Below are positions 11,285-20,848 of a DNA stretch of 64,000 nt, in pieces. Each line of letters begins with the position of its first letter. The stretch's first letter is position 1. Below the pieces are notes generated by a model. The model was not told the origin of the DNA. It did no database searches and saw only the letters and a program-made list of their open reading frames with translations. This DNA comes from Pelagibacteraceae bacterium AG-470-E16 (GTDB taxonomy: Bacteria > Pseudomonadota > Alphaproteobacteria > Pelagibacterales > Pelagibacteraceae), in the NCBI GenBank assembly GCA_003209195.1, contig QCSF01000003.1:14874-78873 (forward strand). Reading direction: 5' to 3'. Both the position numbers and the translations under genes were made by a program.

Positions 11285-12178
11285 ATGAAAACACCAGCTT
11301 TAAAAAGTTATATATTATTATTTGTTTTATCAGCAATATGGGGGTCTGCATTTTTTAATTATAAGATTGTATTATATAGTTTTGATTATTTGCTACTGGC
11401 TGGCGGTAGAATATTTTTTGCAACAATTTTTTTGTGTTTATTATCAGTAACTATTTTTAGGTCTATAAATTTCAAAATTTTATTTTCTAAAAAATTTTAT
11501 ATTTTTTTTACTATAGGCTTTACAAATTATGTATTACCATTTAGTTTAATCGCATTCGGCATTAATGGTATGTCGAGCGGTTTAGCTGCATTACTAATGT
11601 CAGCAGGACCTTTCTATGCAATTATTTTATCTCACTTTTTTACAAACGATAAATTTAATAAATATAAGCTTCTGGGAACAATTATTGGATTTATAAGTGT
11701 ATTTATTCTTTTTTATGATCAAGTTTATATCTCTCAAACTACAACAATTAAATCCGTACTGTTTGTTATGTCTGCCTCTTTAAGTTACGTCATAGGAGGG
11801 TTAATTATTAAAAAACATCAATCTTACAATAACGAGACAATTGCAGCTTTATCAATGTTATCAGGAACATTGATACTGTTACCAGTTTGTTTGTTTCAAT
11901 TATATTTTTTTGATATTCAGAAAATTCAGTTGAGTAGTTTAATAAGCTTGATTTATCTAGGTGTTGTGAGTACAGCAATTGCATTCATGATAAGAGCAAA
12001 ACTAATTTTTGAAAATGGATTGATTTTTATGTCGCAAGTTTCGTTATTAATACCAATTTTTGGATTATATTTCAGTTGGCTTTTTTTAAGTGAAGAATTT
12101 TCTTTTAATATGCTAATATCTTTATTTATAATTATATCAGGCCTTTGGGTTCTGCAAATAGGTTACAAAAAAAACTAG
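11285..12178 (+). CDS. DMT/EamA family transporter
   Basis: About 10 hydrophobic helices, IWGSAF at the N-terminus, internal duplication (YLGVVSTAIAF). Confidence 0.88.
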   Translation: MKTPALKSYILLFVLSAIWGSAFFNYKIVLYSFDYLLLAGGRIFFATIFLCLLSVTIFRSINFKILFSKKFYIFFTIGFTNYVLPFSLIAFGINGMSSGLAALLMSAGPFYAIILSHFFTNDKFNKYKLLGTIIGFISVFILFYDQVYISQTTTIKSVLFVMSASLSYVIGGLIIKKHQSYNNETIAALSMLSGTLILLPVCLFQLYFFDIQKIQLSSLISLIYLGVVSTAIAFMIRAKLIFENGLIFMSQVSLLIPIFGLYFSWLFLSEEFSFNMLISLFIIISGLWVLQIGYKKN

Positions 12179-12768
12179 TTCTTAGATATATAATCGTTAA
12201 GATTAGAAATTAACCCGTCAAAACCTTTAGTTGCAATTATAGAATTAATTTCTTCTCTCTGAGTTTTAGCTAAACTAAGTCCTTCAACCACGAGATCTCT
12301 TATTACTAACTTTTCTTTAATTTTAAATACTCTCCAATCAATATTTATTTTTTGATTATCTTTTTCTGATATCATTTTTGAATTTACTAAAACATAATTT
12401 TGACTGATTTTTTTTGCACCAGTAACCATAATATTTTGATTACTATAATTTTGTAATCTACTAGATATATTTTTTACAAAAAACACTCTAAAAGTTTTAT
12501 AATACTTCTTTAATTGATTATCATTAAGATTTTTTTTATGCGATCCCAAAGTAAATCTTGCTAACCCGTCAACATCAACAACATTTAAGGCTATGTTTTC
12601 GATTTTATTTTTTTTATCCTGAATTGTGATTTCACTACTAATAGCTATTTTTTTCGCATTTTCAGTCGTAATTTGAATAAGCTGTTTAGCGTTCTCTTCA
12701 AATGCAAAAGCTTTTAAAGTGAAAAAAAACAATACTACAATGTTATTTATAATAATTTTCTTTAGCAT
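12175..12768 (-). CDS. mlaC: MlaC/Ttg2D phospholipid-binding periplasmic protein
   Basis: Signal peptide (LKAFA), VDVDGLARFTLG, IDWRV, IRDLVVEGLSL; adjacent to mlaA. Confidence 0.85.
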   Translation of the reverse strand: MLKKIIINNIVVLFFFTLKAFAFEENAKQLIQITTENAKKIAISSEITIQDKKNKIENIALNVVDVDGLARFTLGSHKKNLNDNQLKKYYKTFRVFFVKNISSRLQNYSNQNIMVTGAKKISQNYVLVNSKMISEKDNQKINIDWRVFKIKEKLVIRDLVVEGLSLAKTQREEINSIIATKGFDGLISNLNDYISKN

Positions 12769-12781
12769 CGATGTATGTTAA

Positions 12782-13528
12782 TTATTTAAAGTCTTTCCAT
12801 TCTTCTTCATCATTCGATGAACCATCTTGTGTAAGATAGTCTCTTCTTTGTAAATAAAGGCTGCGCACCGAAGCATAAAGGTCAACTGAATTTTTTTCTA
12901 AATCATCGAGTGTTGATATATTTTCCGCTCTCCAATTTGTTTTATCTAATGCTGTTTCTCCCCAGTATGTACCGTCGCCTAAATTATTTCCAAGTAGCAT
13001 TTCTTTATCTCCTACCGTGCTTAAATAAAAAGGATCTAAAAGCATATTTCCAACTTTCCCCACTGTATCTCGTAGTGTTGCTGGTCCCAAAACTGGTAAA
13101 ACTATATAGCATCCATGACCTACACCCCAAGACCCAAGTGTTTGGCCGTAGTCCTCATTCTCATTTTTTTCAAATCCTAATTTTGATGCTGGATCAAAAA
13201 GACCGAGTATACCTACGGTAGTATTCATTAAAAATCTACCAGTATCATTAACACCTTGTTTAAATTTACCCTGTAAAAATTGATTTGGTATTTGTACTAA
13301 ATATGAAACATTATTAGTTGCATTTTTAACACCCTTCTTTACTGGATTTGGTAAATAGGAGTAACCTTTAGCAATTGGCTTAAAAACGACTTTGTCTAAT
13401 CCCATATTAAAAGAGAAAAAAGCTCTGTTTACAGTTTCAAAACAATCTTTTGGTTTAGAGTATGCCATCGATGAAAACAAATTGAGCAAAAATGTGATAG
13501 CAATAATAAATAAATAATTTTTTTTCAT
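12782..13528 (-). CDS. mlaA: MlaA/VacJ family protein (likely start ATG 13528; ORF extends to 13543)
   Basis: NRAFFSFN, RFLMNTTVGILGLFDPA, EDYGQTLGSWG, LPVLGPATLRD, DLYASVRSLYLQRR. Confidence 0.9.
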   Translation of the reverse strand: MKKNYLFIIAITFLLNLFSSMAYSKPKDCFETVNRAFFSFNMGLDKVVFKPIAKGYSYLPNPVKKGVKNATNNVSYLVQIPNQFLQGKFKQGVNDTGRFLMNTTVGILGLFDPASKLGFEKNENEDYGQTLGSWGVGHGCYIVLPVLGPATLRDTVGKVGNMLLDPFYLSTVGDKEMLLGNNLGDGTYWGETALDKTNWRAENISTLDDLEKNSVDLYASVRSLYLQRRDYLTQDGSSNDEEEWKDFK

Positions 13529-13593
13529 ATTAAATAAATGCAAGAATATATAGTGATATTTATAGCTAAAACTAGCATAAAAAAAGGCGATAA

Positions 13594-14073
13594 ATGAATT
13601 TAAAAATCAATTTTCTGGGAAGCCCTAATTTTGAGGTTGTTAGAAATAGACCTCTAAAATACATAATTATCCATTATACTGGAATGAAAAATCAAAAGGA
13701 CGCAATTAAAAGATTACAATCTAAAGTTGCAAAAGTAAGCTGCCATTACATAATAAGCAAAAAGGGTAAAATATTTCAGTTAGTAAAAGATAAACATGTA
13801 GCGTGGCACGCAGGTAAATCAAAATGGAAGAAGGACATTAATTTAAATATAAATTCATTAGGCATTGAGCTTGTCAATAAAGGTCATGAAATTTTTCCAA
13901 AAAGTCAAATCAATTCACTTATAATATTATTAAAATGGCTTAGGAGAAAATATAATATAAATCCTGCCATGATTCTTGGCCACGAAGATATATCTCCAAA
14001 TAGAAAAAAAGATCCAGGACCAAGGTTTCCTTGGTCCGTCCTAAAAAAAAATAATTTAGCCAAAAAACGTTGA
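13594..14073 (+). CDS. N-acetylmuramoyl-L-alanine amidase (Amidase_2, AmpD/AmiD-like, catalytic domain only)
   Basis: IIIHYT, VSCHYII, AWHAG, SLGIELVN, GHEDISPNRKKDPG. Confidence 0.9.
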   Translation: MNLKINFLGSPNFEVVRNRPLKYIIIHYTGMKNQKDAIKRLQSKVAKVSCHYIISKKGKIFQLVKDKHVAWHAGKSKWKKDINLNINSLGIELVNKGHEIFPKSQINSLIILLKWLRRKYNINPAMILGHEDISPNRKKDPGPRFPWSVLKKNNLAKKR

Positions 14074-14102
14074 TTTTATTGGATTTTTTGGTACATATTA
14101 GC

Positions 14103-14450
14103 TGCTAGTTGGTTGAATGATAACTCAAAGATTTGAGAGGAAAGTCTGGGCTCCATAGGCAAAAGTACCAGGTAACACCTGGCAGGAGTAATCCTAGGGA
14201 TAGTGCCACAGAAAATAAACCGCCTTATCAAGGCAAGGGTGAAACGGTGAGGTAAGAGCTTACCGCCTTTTTAGTAATAAGAAGGGCATGGAAAACCCTA
14301 CTTGGAGCAAGACCAAATAGGGATAGCGCGATCGAACATCAAACATCCTAAGTTAGCTATCCGGGTTGGTTGCTAGAACTGGTTAGAAATAATCAGTCAA
14401 GATAAATTATCATTTTAAATGACAGAACCCAGCTTACAGATCAACTAGCA
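14103..14450 (+). ncRNA. rnpB: RNase P RNA (compact bacterial type A)
   Basis: Terminal P1 TGCTAGTTGGTT/GATCAACTAGCA; P4 halves GAGGAAAGTCTGGGCTCC and AGAACCCAGCTTAC with a compensatory change; AGTGCCACAGAAA; GGGTGAAACGGTG...GGTAAGAGC; GAGCAAGACCAAATAG; located upstream of mraZ. Confidence 0.97.
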
Positions 14451-14457
14451 TTTAAAT

Positions 14458-14479
14458 TTTTAAGAACATTTTAAGAACA
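14458..14479. repeat. Perfect 11-bp tandem repeat TTTTAAGAACA x2, forming GAAC-N7-GAAC (alphaproteobacterial LexA-box pattern)
   Basis: GAAC at 14464-14467 and 14475-14478, ~20 bp upstream of the dcw -35 element. The repeat is certain; its function is inferred. Confidence 0.5.
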
Positions 14480-14498
14480 ACTAATAGTTGAATAATAA

Positions 14499-14542
14499 TT
14501 GACTATTACAAAAAAAAACCATATATTCCCATGCAATCCCAT
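14499..14542 (+). promoter_or_regulatory. sigma-70 promoter of the dcw cluster overlapped by three 10-bp-phased (A/C)CCAT repeats (putative MraZ operator)
   Basis: TTGACT (14499-14504), 17-bp spacer, TATATT (14522-14527); ACCAT 14518, CCCAT 14528, CCCAT 14538 (ATGGG on the minus strand). Confidence 0.7.
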
Positions 14543-14568
14543 AAAGGGTTTACAGATGAAAAATTGTG

Positions 14569-15015
14569 ATGTTTATTTCAACCTACGAAAACAAGTTAGA
14601 CAAGAAGGGAAGAGTTTCTGTGCCAGCAGCTTATAGATCAGTCTTGTCTTCATTAGGATACAATAGTGTTGTTTGTTACCCCTCATTTGTAAATAAATCA
14701 GCAGAATTTTGTCCAAAAGATAGATTGGAAAAGATTATTGAAACTATTGATACGTTAAATCCATTTGAGGAAAATAGAGATATTTTTTCAACTACTATTT
14801 TAGCAAATAGCGATCAGCTAAACTTCGATGTAGATGGTAGAATAATTTTATCAGATAAAATTTTAAAACATACAGGAATATTTGAAAAAGTATTATTTGT
14901 TGGTCAAGGTAACACCTTTCAAATATGGGAACCAATTACTTTTACAAAATTCAGTGACGATGCAAGAAAAAAAGCAAATTTAAAAAGATCAGAATTGAAA
15001 TGGAAACAAACGTAA
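14569..15015 (+). CDS. mraZ: Transcriptional regulator MraZ
   Basis: Two DxxGR motifs (LDKKGRVSVP, FDVDGRIIL), VGQGNTFQIWEP; GTG at 14566 is an alternative start. Confidence 0.95.
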   Translation: MFISTYENKLDKKGRVSVPAAYRSVLSSLGYNSVVCYPSFVNKSAEFCPKDRLEKIIETIDTLNPFEENRDIFSTTILANSDQLNFDVDGRIILSDKILKHTGIFEKVLFVGQGNTFQIWEPITFTKFSDDARKKANLKRSELKWKQT

Positions 15016-15036
15016 AAAAAAAAAGGGAGGTAACCG

Positions 15037-16542
15037 ATGGCAATAAATATATCTGCACCAGAGCTTAGAGAATTGAAACCAAGAATTGTAGTTCTTGGAG
15101 TTGGCGGAGCTGGAGGAAATGCAATAAATAATATGATCGATGCCGGCATACAAGGTGTTGAGTTTGTTGCTGCAAATACTGATGCACAAGATTTAAAAAA
15201 AAATAAAGCGGATTGTAAAATTCAATTAGGTGCCAATTTAACACGTGGACTAGGAGCTGGATCAAAAGCAGACATTGGTCAAGCTGCTGCAGATGAGACT
15301 ATGAACGAAATCATCAATTTATTGCAAGGAGCAAATATGGTTTTTGTTACTGCAGGTATGGGTGGTGGTACAGGAACCGGCGCAGCACCAGTAATAGCGA
15401 AAGCTGCAAAGGAATTAAATATTTTAACGGTAGGAGTTGTAACTAAACCTTTTATGTATGAGGGCCCTGGAAGAATAAGGGTTGCAGAGGCTGGTTTGGA
15501 GAATTTATTAAAAGTTGTAGATACCAGTATTGTTATTCCTAATCAAAATTTGTTTAAGATCGCAGATGAAAAAACTCCATTAATTCATGCTTTTAAAATG
15601 GCTGATAACGTTTTAATGCATGGAGTCAGAGGAATTACAGATTTAATAGTTAGACCTGGATTAATGAATTTAGATTTTGCGGATATAGAAACTATTATGA
15701 GTGGGATGGGAAAAGCAATGATGGGTACAGGTGAGGCCGAAGGGGATAATAGAGCCGTAATTGCATCAGATGCTGCAATTAATAATCCTTTGATAGATGA
15801 TTATACTTTAAAAGGAGCAAAAGGTTTACTGGTTAATATTACTGGCGGCAAAGATATTACACTCTTTGAGGTTGACGAGGCCGCAAATAAAATAAGAGCT
15901 GAAGTTGATCCTGCAGCAGATATTTTAATAGGAAATACGATTGATGAAAACATGAATGGAAGAGTAAGAGTGTCTATTGTTGTCACTGGTTTAGGTGGAG
16001 AGGTGGTTAAAAATAAACCAACCCTTAGTGTAGTACAAAACAGACAAAATGGGTATATTAAACAGAACCTATTTAATAATAACGTTCAAAATAACCCAAA
16101 AAATAATTATACTTCTTACATGACTAATCAGCCATATAGTAATATCTCAACGACAAGTATGAATGCGAAACAAAACGGATCATTTTCTGGAGCAAATGCG
16201 TTAGAGCTTGATGCACTTCCAGAATCAAATAGTAATATTACTACTGATATTAAAACGAATTATCAAGGTATTCAGGAAAATTATCAAAATAACGAGGTCG
16301 AGTTAGAAGACTTAAATGATAGTCAAATTTTTGAAAACGAGATTTCTGCGGATAATAATTATGATAATATTATGCTAGAAGAAAGATTAGAGACACCTCA
16401 GTTATTTACAGGCAACAATGAAGATTACGATAATTCACAAGAAAGTCATAATAACGGTATTGATACAGATTTATCTGATTTAAATTTTGAAGATAAAGAT
16501 GATTTGGAAATACCAGCTTTTTTGAGAAGACAAACTAATTAG
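15037..16542 (+). CDS. ftsZ: Cell division protein FtsZ
   Basis: [20 protein letters not shown] tubulin signature, NLDFAD, long Asn-rich linker, C-terminal [14 protein letters not shown]; strong SD GGGAGG. Confidence 0.99.
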   Translation: MAINISAPELRELKPRIVVLGVGGAGGNAINNMIDAGIQGVEFVAANTDAQDLKKNKADCKIQLGANLTRGLGAGSKADIGQAAADETMNEIINLLQGANMVFVTAGMGGGTGTGAAPVIAKAAKELNILTVGVVTKPFMYEGPGRIRVAEAGLENLLKVVDTSIVIPNQNLFKIADEKTPLIHAFKMADNVLMHGVRGITDLIVRPGLMNLDFADIETIMSGMGKAMMGTGEAEGDNRAVIASDAAINNPLIDDYTLKGAKGLLVNITGGKDITLFEVDEAANKIRAEVDPAADILIGNTIDENMNGRVRVSIVVTGLGGEVVKNKPTLSVVQNRQNGYIKQNLFNNNVQNNPKNNYTSYMTNQPYSNISTTSMNAKQNGSFSGANALELDALPESNSNITTDIKTNYQGIQENYQNNEVELEDLNDSQIFENEISADNNYDNIMLEERLETPQLFTGNNEDYDNSQESHNNGIDTDLSDLNFEDKDDLEIPAFLRRQTN

Positions 16543-16554
16543 AAATTATGCTCA

Positions 16555-17544
16555 ATGTCACTGGAAGGAATAAAACATTATCCGGTGATGTTGAATGAAG
16601 TGATTAATTATTTATCAGATCAAAAAAATATTATTGATTGTACTTTTGGTGGTGGCGGATACTCCAAAAAAATATTAGAAAAATTTCCAAATTCAAAAGT
16701 AACTGGAATTGATAGAGATAAAAGAGTTATAAAAATTGCTGAAAAGTTAAATAAGAAATTTCCAAAGAGATTCAGGTTTCAAAATATTAAGTTTTCTGAA
16801 ATTAATAGTATTAAAGATTTTCAAAATAATGATTATTTTATTTTAGATTTAGGAGTATCAAATTTTCAGCTAAGAGATTCTGAAAGAAGCTTTTCTTTTA
16901 ATTCCGACAAAAAACTTGACATGGGAATGGGTTTAAATTTAAGAAATGCATATGATTTAATTAATCAGGGTTCAATGGAATATTTAAAAAATATTTTTAA
17001 GTTTTTTGGAGAAGAAAAGTTTTCATCAAAAATTGCAAAAAAAATAGTTAACTTAAGAGAAAAAGAAAATATAGTAAATTCTCAAGATTTATCGAATATT
17101 ATCAATAATATAAAATTTAAAAAGGGAAAAACAAATCCATCGACGAAATCATTTCAGGCTCTTAGAATGATTGTCAATGAAGAAATTTCGGAGATATTTA
17201 AAGTCTTAAAATATATTATTGAAAATTGTAAAGTTAATGCAGTTATTATAGTTGTCAGCTTTCACTCACTTGAGGATAAATTGGTTAAAAAAATTTTTAA
17301 TTTTTACGGAAAAAATCTTCCAGTATCTCGATATATACCAACTGTAAATAAATATATTAATACTCCTATAAAAATACTTACCAAAAAACCAATTGTAGCA
17401 AGCAAAAATGAAATTAAAGAAAACCCAAGCTCCCGTTCAGCCAAATTAAGGGTAATTAAAAAAATTAACAACTCAAATAAAGATCTGAAAAGAGCTGATT
17501 TAAACATGGAAAGATACTTTAATCTAGAAGAGAACTATGTTTAA
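16555..17544 (+). CDS. rsmH: 16S rRNA m4C1402 methyltransferase
   Basis: HYPVMLNE, DCTFGGGGYS, DLGVS..Q, FQALRM.VNEE, SFHSLED, ENPSSRSAKLR. Confidence 0.95.
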   Translation: MSLEGIKHYPVMLNEVINYLSDQKNIIDCTFGGGGYSKKILEKFPNSKVTGIDRDKRVIKIAEKLNKKFPKRFRFQNIKFSEINSIKDFQNNDYFILDLGVSNFQLRDSERSFSFNSDKKLDMGMGLNLRNAYDLINQGSMEYLKNIFKFFGEEKFSSKIAKKIVNLREKENIVNSQDLSNIINNIKFKKGKTNPSTKSFQALRMIVNEEISEIFKVLKYIIENCKVNAVIIVVSFHSLEDKLVKKIFNFYGKNLPVSRYIPTVNKYINTPIKILTKKPIVASKNEIKENPSSRSAKLRVIKKINNSNKDLKRADLNMERYFNLEENYV

Positions 17545-17815
17545 AAATATTCTCATTAGCCTCGCAATAATAATAATAGGTAGTTTTTTTACTAATTCAT
17601 ACAAAAAACAATCAAAACATTTAGAAATTCAAATAGTAGATAAAAAAAAAAAAATTTTTAATTTAAAAAAAGAAAATATTTTAGAGTATCAAGAAAATAT
17701 TTATTTAAAATCTCCAGAAAATATTAAAATTTTAGCAAATAAATACCTAGAAAATAATTATATTTTTTTTGAAGAAACTAATATTCATTATTTAGAGCTG
17801 AATGAAAAAAAATAA
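17537..17815 (+). CDS. ftsL: Probable FtsL (TM helix plus coiled coil)
   Basis: Position between rsmH and ftsI, N-terminal TM helix, coiled coil, YLKSPENI..LA motif. Confidence 0.7.
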   Translation: MFKNILISLAIIIIGSFFTNSYKKQSKHLEIQIVDKKKKIFNLKKENILEYQENIYLKSPENIKILANKYLENNYIFFEETNIHYLELNEKK

Positions 17816-19475
17816 TCAATTAAATTTATATTTTGATGAGAATATCCATTCTAAAAAAAATAATAAGTATTTAGATAATAGAATAAATATTATTATATTA
17901 GTATTTTTAATTTTAAGTCTACTAACCGTCTCTAAACTTTTTTTAATTGGTTTCGAAAAAAAAGAGTTTCATATTAATGAAATTAACTTTGATGAAAATA
18001 TTAAACGAAGGGCTATTGTCGATCATAATAATAACGTTTTGGCACAGAGTATTAAAACTCATGATCTTTTAATCAGAACGAAAAGAATAAGAAATTTTGC
18101 TAATTTAAATTTGAAATTAAGATTACAGTTTCCTGATATAGATTTAAAAAAAATTAAAAATTTTAACGAACGTACATTTCATATAATTAAAAAAAATCTA
18201 AGTTCAGCAGAGTATAATAAAGCATTAAACCTTGGTGAGCCTTCTATAGAGTTAGTTAGAAACGAAATTAGAATTTATCCAAATAAAAACCTTTTTTCTC
18301 ATATAATTGGAAATGTAGATATAGATCAACAAGGTGTTTCAGGTTTAGAACTTTATTTAAATGATGAAATTTTGGATGAAGAGAAAATTAATGAACCTAT
18401 TGTACTATCTGTAAATCAAAATATTCAATTTATTGTAAGAGAAACATTAAATAAAAATGTTAAACTCTTTAAAGCGAAGGGTGCATCAGCAGTTTTGATC
18501 AATGCTCAAAATGGAAAGATATTATCTATGGTATCATTGCCAGATTTTAACCCAAATGACAGAAAACAACTTTTTTACAAAGATCATTTATTTAATAAAA
18601 ATACCAAAGGTCTCTATGAACTTGGATCTGTTTTCAAAACGTTTGTCATCGCTAATGCACTTGATGCAGGGACAGTGACTAGGTATAAATTATATAAAAA
18701 CCTTCCAAGCCATGTATATTGCGGGAAACATAAAATTGAAGAGTATAAGTATTCTAAAGATAAAAAAAATTTAACTGTTAATGACATTTTAGTAGAGTCT
18801 TCAAATATTGGTGCGATAAGACTAATACAGTCGTCCGGTTTAAAAAATTATCAAAATTTTTTAAAAAAATTAGAAATATTTAGTTATTCAAATATAGAAC
18901 TCCCAGAAGTTTCCTCGCCATCAAAAAAACGGTGGGGTAAATGTAGAACTTTAACAGCTGGTTTTGGTCACGGAATTAATACAACCCCACTGCAATTAAC
19001 TAGGGCTTTTGCATCTATAATTAATGGAGGTAATCTTTTAGATGCGACTTTGCTTGAGCACAAAGATATAAAACTTAAGTCTAAGGTTTTATCTAACTCA
19101 AACAGTGAAATAATGAGAAAAATTTTGAGATCTAATGTTGATACAAAGTATAAAAGGGCAGGAAGCGGAAGAAAAGCAGATATACAAGGATATAATGTAA
19201 TGGGGAAAACTGGAACAGCAGAGAAACCACTAAATACGACAAAAGGCTATTCTAATGAAATTTTAAATGTTTTTACATCTGCATTTGAGGTTGATAAAAA
19301 ATTTTATGTTCTCACTGTTTTAATAGATGAACCAAAAGGGTCAAAAAAATTATGGGGTCACAATAGAAGAGAAGCGGGCTGGAATGCAGGTTATATAAAT
19401 GGACAAATTATAAAAAAAATAGGTCCCATTTTGAACACATTAAAAGTTAAAAAATATGTAAAATTTAACAAATGA
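17802..19475 (+). CDS. ftsI: Peptidoglycan transpeptidase FtsI/PBP3
   Basis: N-terminal TM, RRAIVD, SxxK (GSVFK), SxN (ESSN), KTG (GKTGTA). Confidence 0.93.
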   Translation: MKKNNQLNLYFDENIHSKKNNKYLDNRINIIILVFLILSLLTVSKLFLIGFEKKEFHINEINFDENIKRRAIVDHNNNVLAQSIKTHDLLIRTKRIRNFANLNLKLRLQFPDIDLKKIKNFNERTFHIIKKNLSSAEYNKALNLGEPSIELVRNEIRIYPNKNLFSHIIGNVDIDQQGVSGLELYLNDEILDEEKINEPIVLSVNQNIQFIVRETLNKNVKLFKAKGASAVLINAQNGKILSMVSLPDFNPNDRKQLFYKDHLFNKNTKGLYELGSVFKTFVIANALDAGTVTRYKLYKNLPSHVYCGKHKIEEYKYSKDKKNLTVNDILVESSNIGAIRLIQSSGLKNYQNFLKKLEIFSYSNIELPEVSSPSKKRWGKCRTLTAGFGHGINTTPLQLTRAFASIINGGNLLDATLLEHKDIKLKSKVLSNSNSEIMRKILRSNVDTKYKRAGSGRKADIQGYNVMGKTGTAEKPLNTTKGYSNEILNVFTSAFEVDKKFYVLTVLIDEPKGSKKLWGHNRREAGWNAGYINGQIIKKIGPILNTLKVKKYVKFNK

Positions 19476-20848
19476 ACATTTCAAAAATTATAAAACAAAA
19501 TTTATGTTATGATTCTAGAAAATTAAAAAAAAATGAAATTTTTTTTGATTTTTTGACTAATTCAAAAGTTATAAATCCATATTTTAAAGATATTATAAAA
19601 AAAAAGCCTAAATTAATTGTATCCTCAAGATCATTAAATTATGACAAAACATTAGTACGCAAAGATATCAAAAAATTTTACAGTTACTTAATACAAAAAA
19701 AATACAAAAAGATACCAAAAAAAATATTTGCAGTTACAGGAACAAATGGAAAAACATCAGTGGCTAACTTTTTTTATCAATTACATATCTTAAATAAAAT
19801 ACCTTGTGCAAGTATTGGTACGCTTGGTTTTTTCTATAATAAAAAAATTATTAAAAATGATTTAACAACTCCAGATAATTTAAAAATATTTAATTTTTTA
19901 CGAAATATTAAAAAAAAAAAAATAAATAAAGTTATTATAGAAGCATCAAGCCACGGATTAAATCAAGGTAGATTGATAGGTTTAAAATTCAAAGGAGCTG
20001 TATTTACAAATTTTTCTCAAGACCATTTGGATTATCATAGATCTATGAGTTCTTATTTTAAATCAAAGTTAATTCTTTTTAAAAAAAATCTTCATATAAA
20101 TTCATCTATTATTTGTTTTAACGATTTAGCTTTAAAACTTAGAAAAAATAAAATTACAGATAAAAAATATAATTTTATATTACAGTCGAAAAAAAATATT
20201 AAACTTAAGATAGTCAGTTTCAAGTCAAAAAATTCTAAAACTATGTTAAAGATAAACTATAAAAATAAGATTTATATTGTAAATATCAATTTAATAGGTG
20301 AATTTCAAATAAAGAATTTATACCAATCAATCATATTATCAATAATTTCGGGATTAAATATAAGAAAAATTCTTAAAGTATTGCCAAAAATCAAACCTAT
20401 TAAAGGTAGACTTAATATTTTAAAAAATAAAAATAAAATTATTTGTATTGATTACGCTCATACTCCTGATGGTTTAGAAAAAGTGATCAATACCCTAAAA
20501 AACCATTTTGAAAGAAAAATTAATATTGTATTTGGTTGCGGTGGCAATAGGGATGCTGATAAGAGAAGTAGTATGGGAAAAGTTGCTAATAAACTATGTA
20601 ATAAAATTATTGTAACAGACGATAATCCACGTGATGAAGATCCTAAGATTATTACGAAACATATTACAAACTATATAAAAAAGTTTAGAATTATTCATAA
20701 TAGAAAGTTTGCAATTAAAGAAGCTATTAAAAATACCGATAAAAAAGAGATTTTATTAATTGCAGGAAAAGGTCACGAAAATTATCAAATTTTTAAGAAT
20801 AAAAAAATTTTTTTCTCAGATTTCAATGAGGTCAGAAAGAATTTATGA
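19472..20848 (+). CDS. murE: UDP-MurNAc-dipeptide--meso-DAP ligase
   Basis: GTNGKTS, EASSHGL, DHLDYH, DYAHTPDGL, GCGGNRD, DNPR (DAP-specific), AGKGHE. Confidence 0.95.
   Translation: MNISKIIKQNLCYDSRKLKKNEIFFDFLTNSKVINPYFKDIIKKKPKLIVSSRSLNYDKTLVRKDIKKFYSYLIQKKYKKIPKKIFAVTGTNGKTSVANFFYQLHILNKIPCASIGTLGFFYNKKIIKNDLTTPDNLKIFNFLRNIKKKKINKVIIEASSHGLNQGRLIGLKFKGAVFTNFSQDHLDYHRSMSSYFKSKLILFKKNLHINSSIICFNDLALKLRKNKITDKKYNFILQSKKNIKLKIVSFKSKNSKTMLKINYKNKIYIVNINLIGEFQIKNLYQSIILSIISGLNIRKILKVLPKIKPIKGRLNILKNKNKIICIDYAHTPDGLEKVINTLKNHFERKINIVFGCGGNRDADKRSSMGKVANKLCNKIIVTDDNPRDEDPKIITKHITNYIKKFRIIHNRKFAIKEAIKNTDKKEILLIAGKGHENYQIFKNKKIFFSDFNEVRKNL

Noticed and set aside
11250-12178. tRNA 3' end as an integration site with the DMT gene as cargo
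   Set aside because: No integrase and no duplicated tRNA 3' fragment noticed in the window
14460-14474. CtrA box (TTAA-N7-TTAA) as a separate feature
   Set aside because: It is a by-product of the same 11-bp repeat, TTAA is very common in this AT-rich DNA, and ctrA presence is unknown; kept only as an alternative reading
16020-16500. Asn-rich low-complexity stretch in ftsZ as an insertion, intein or repeat
   Set aside because: It corresponds to the long disordered C-terminal linker typical of alphaproteobacterial FtsZ and ends in the conserved peptide; no intein termini
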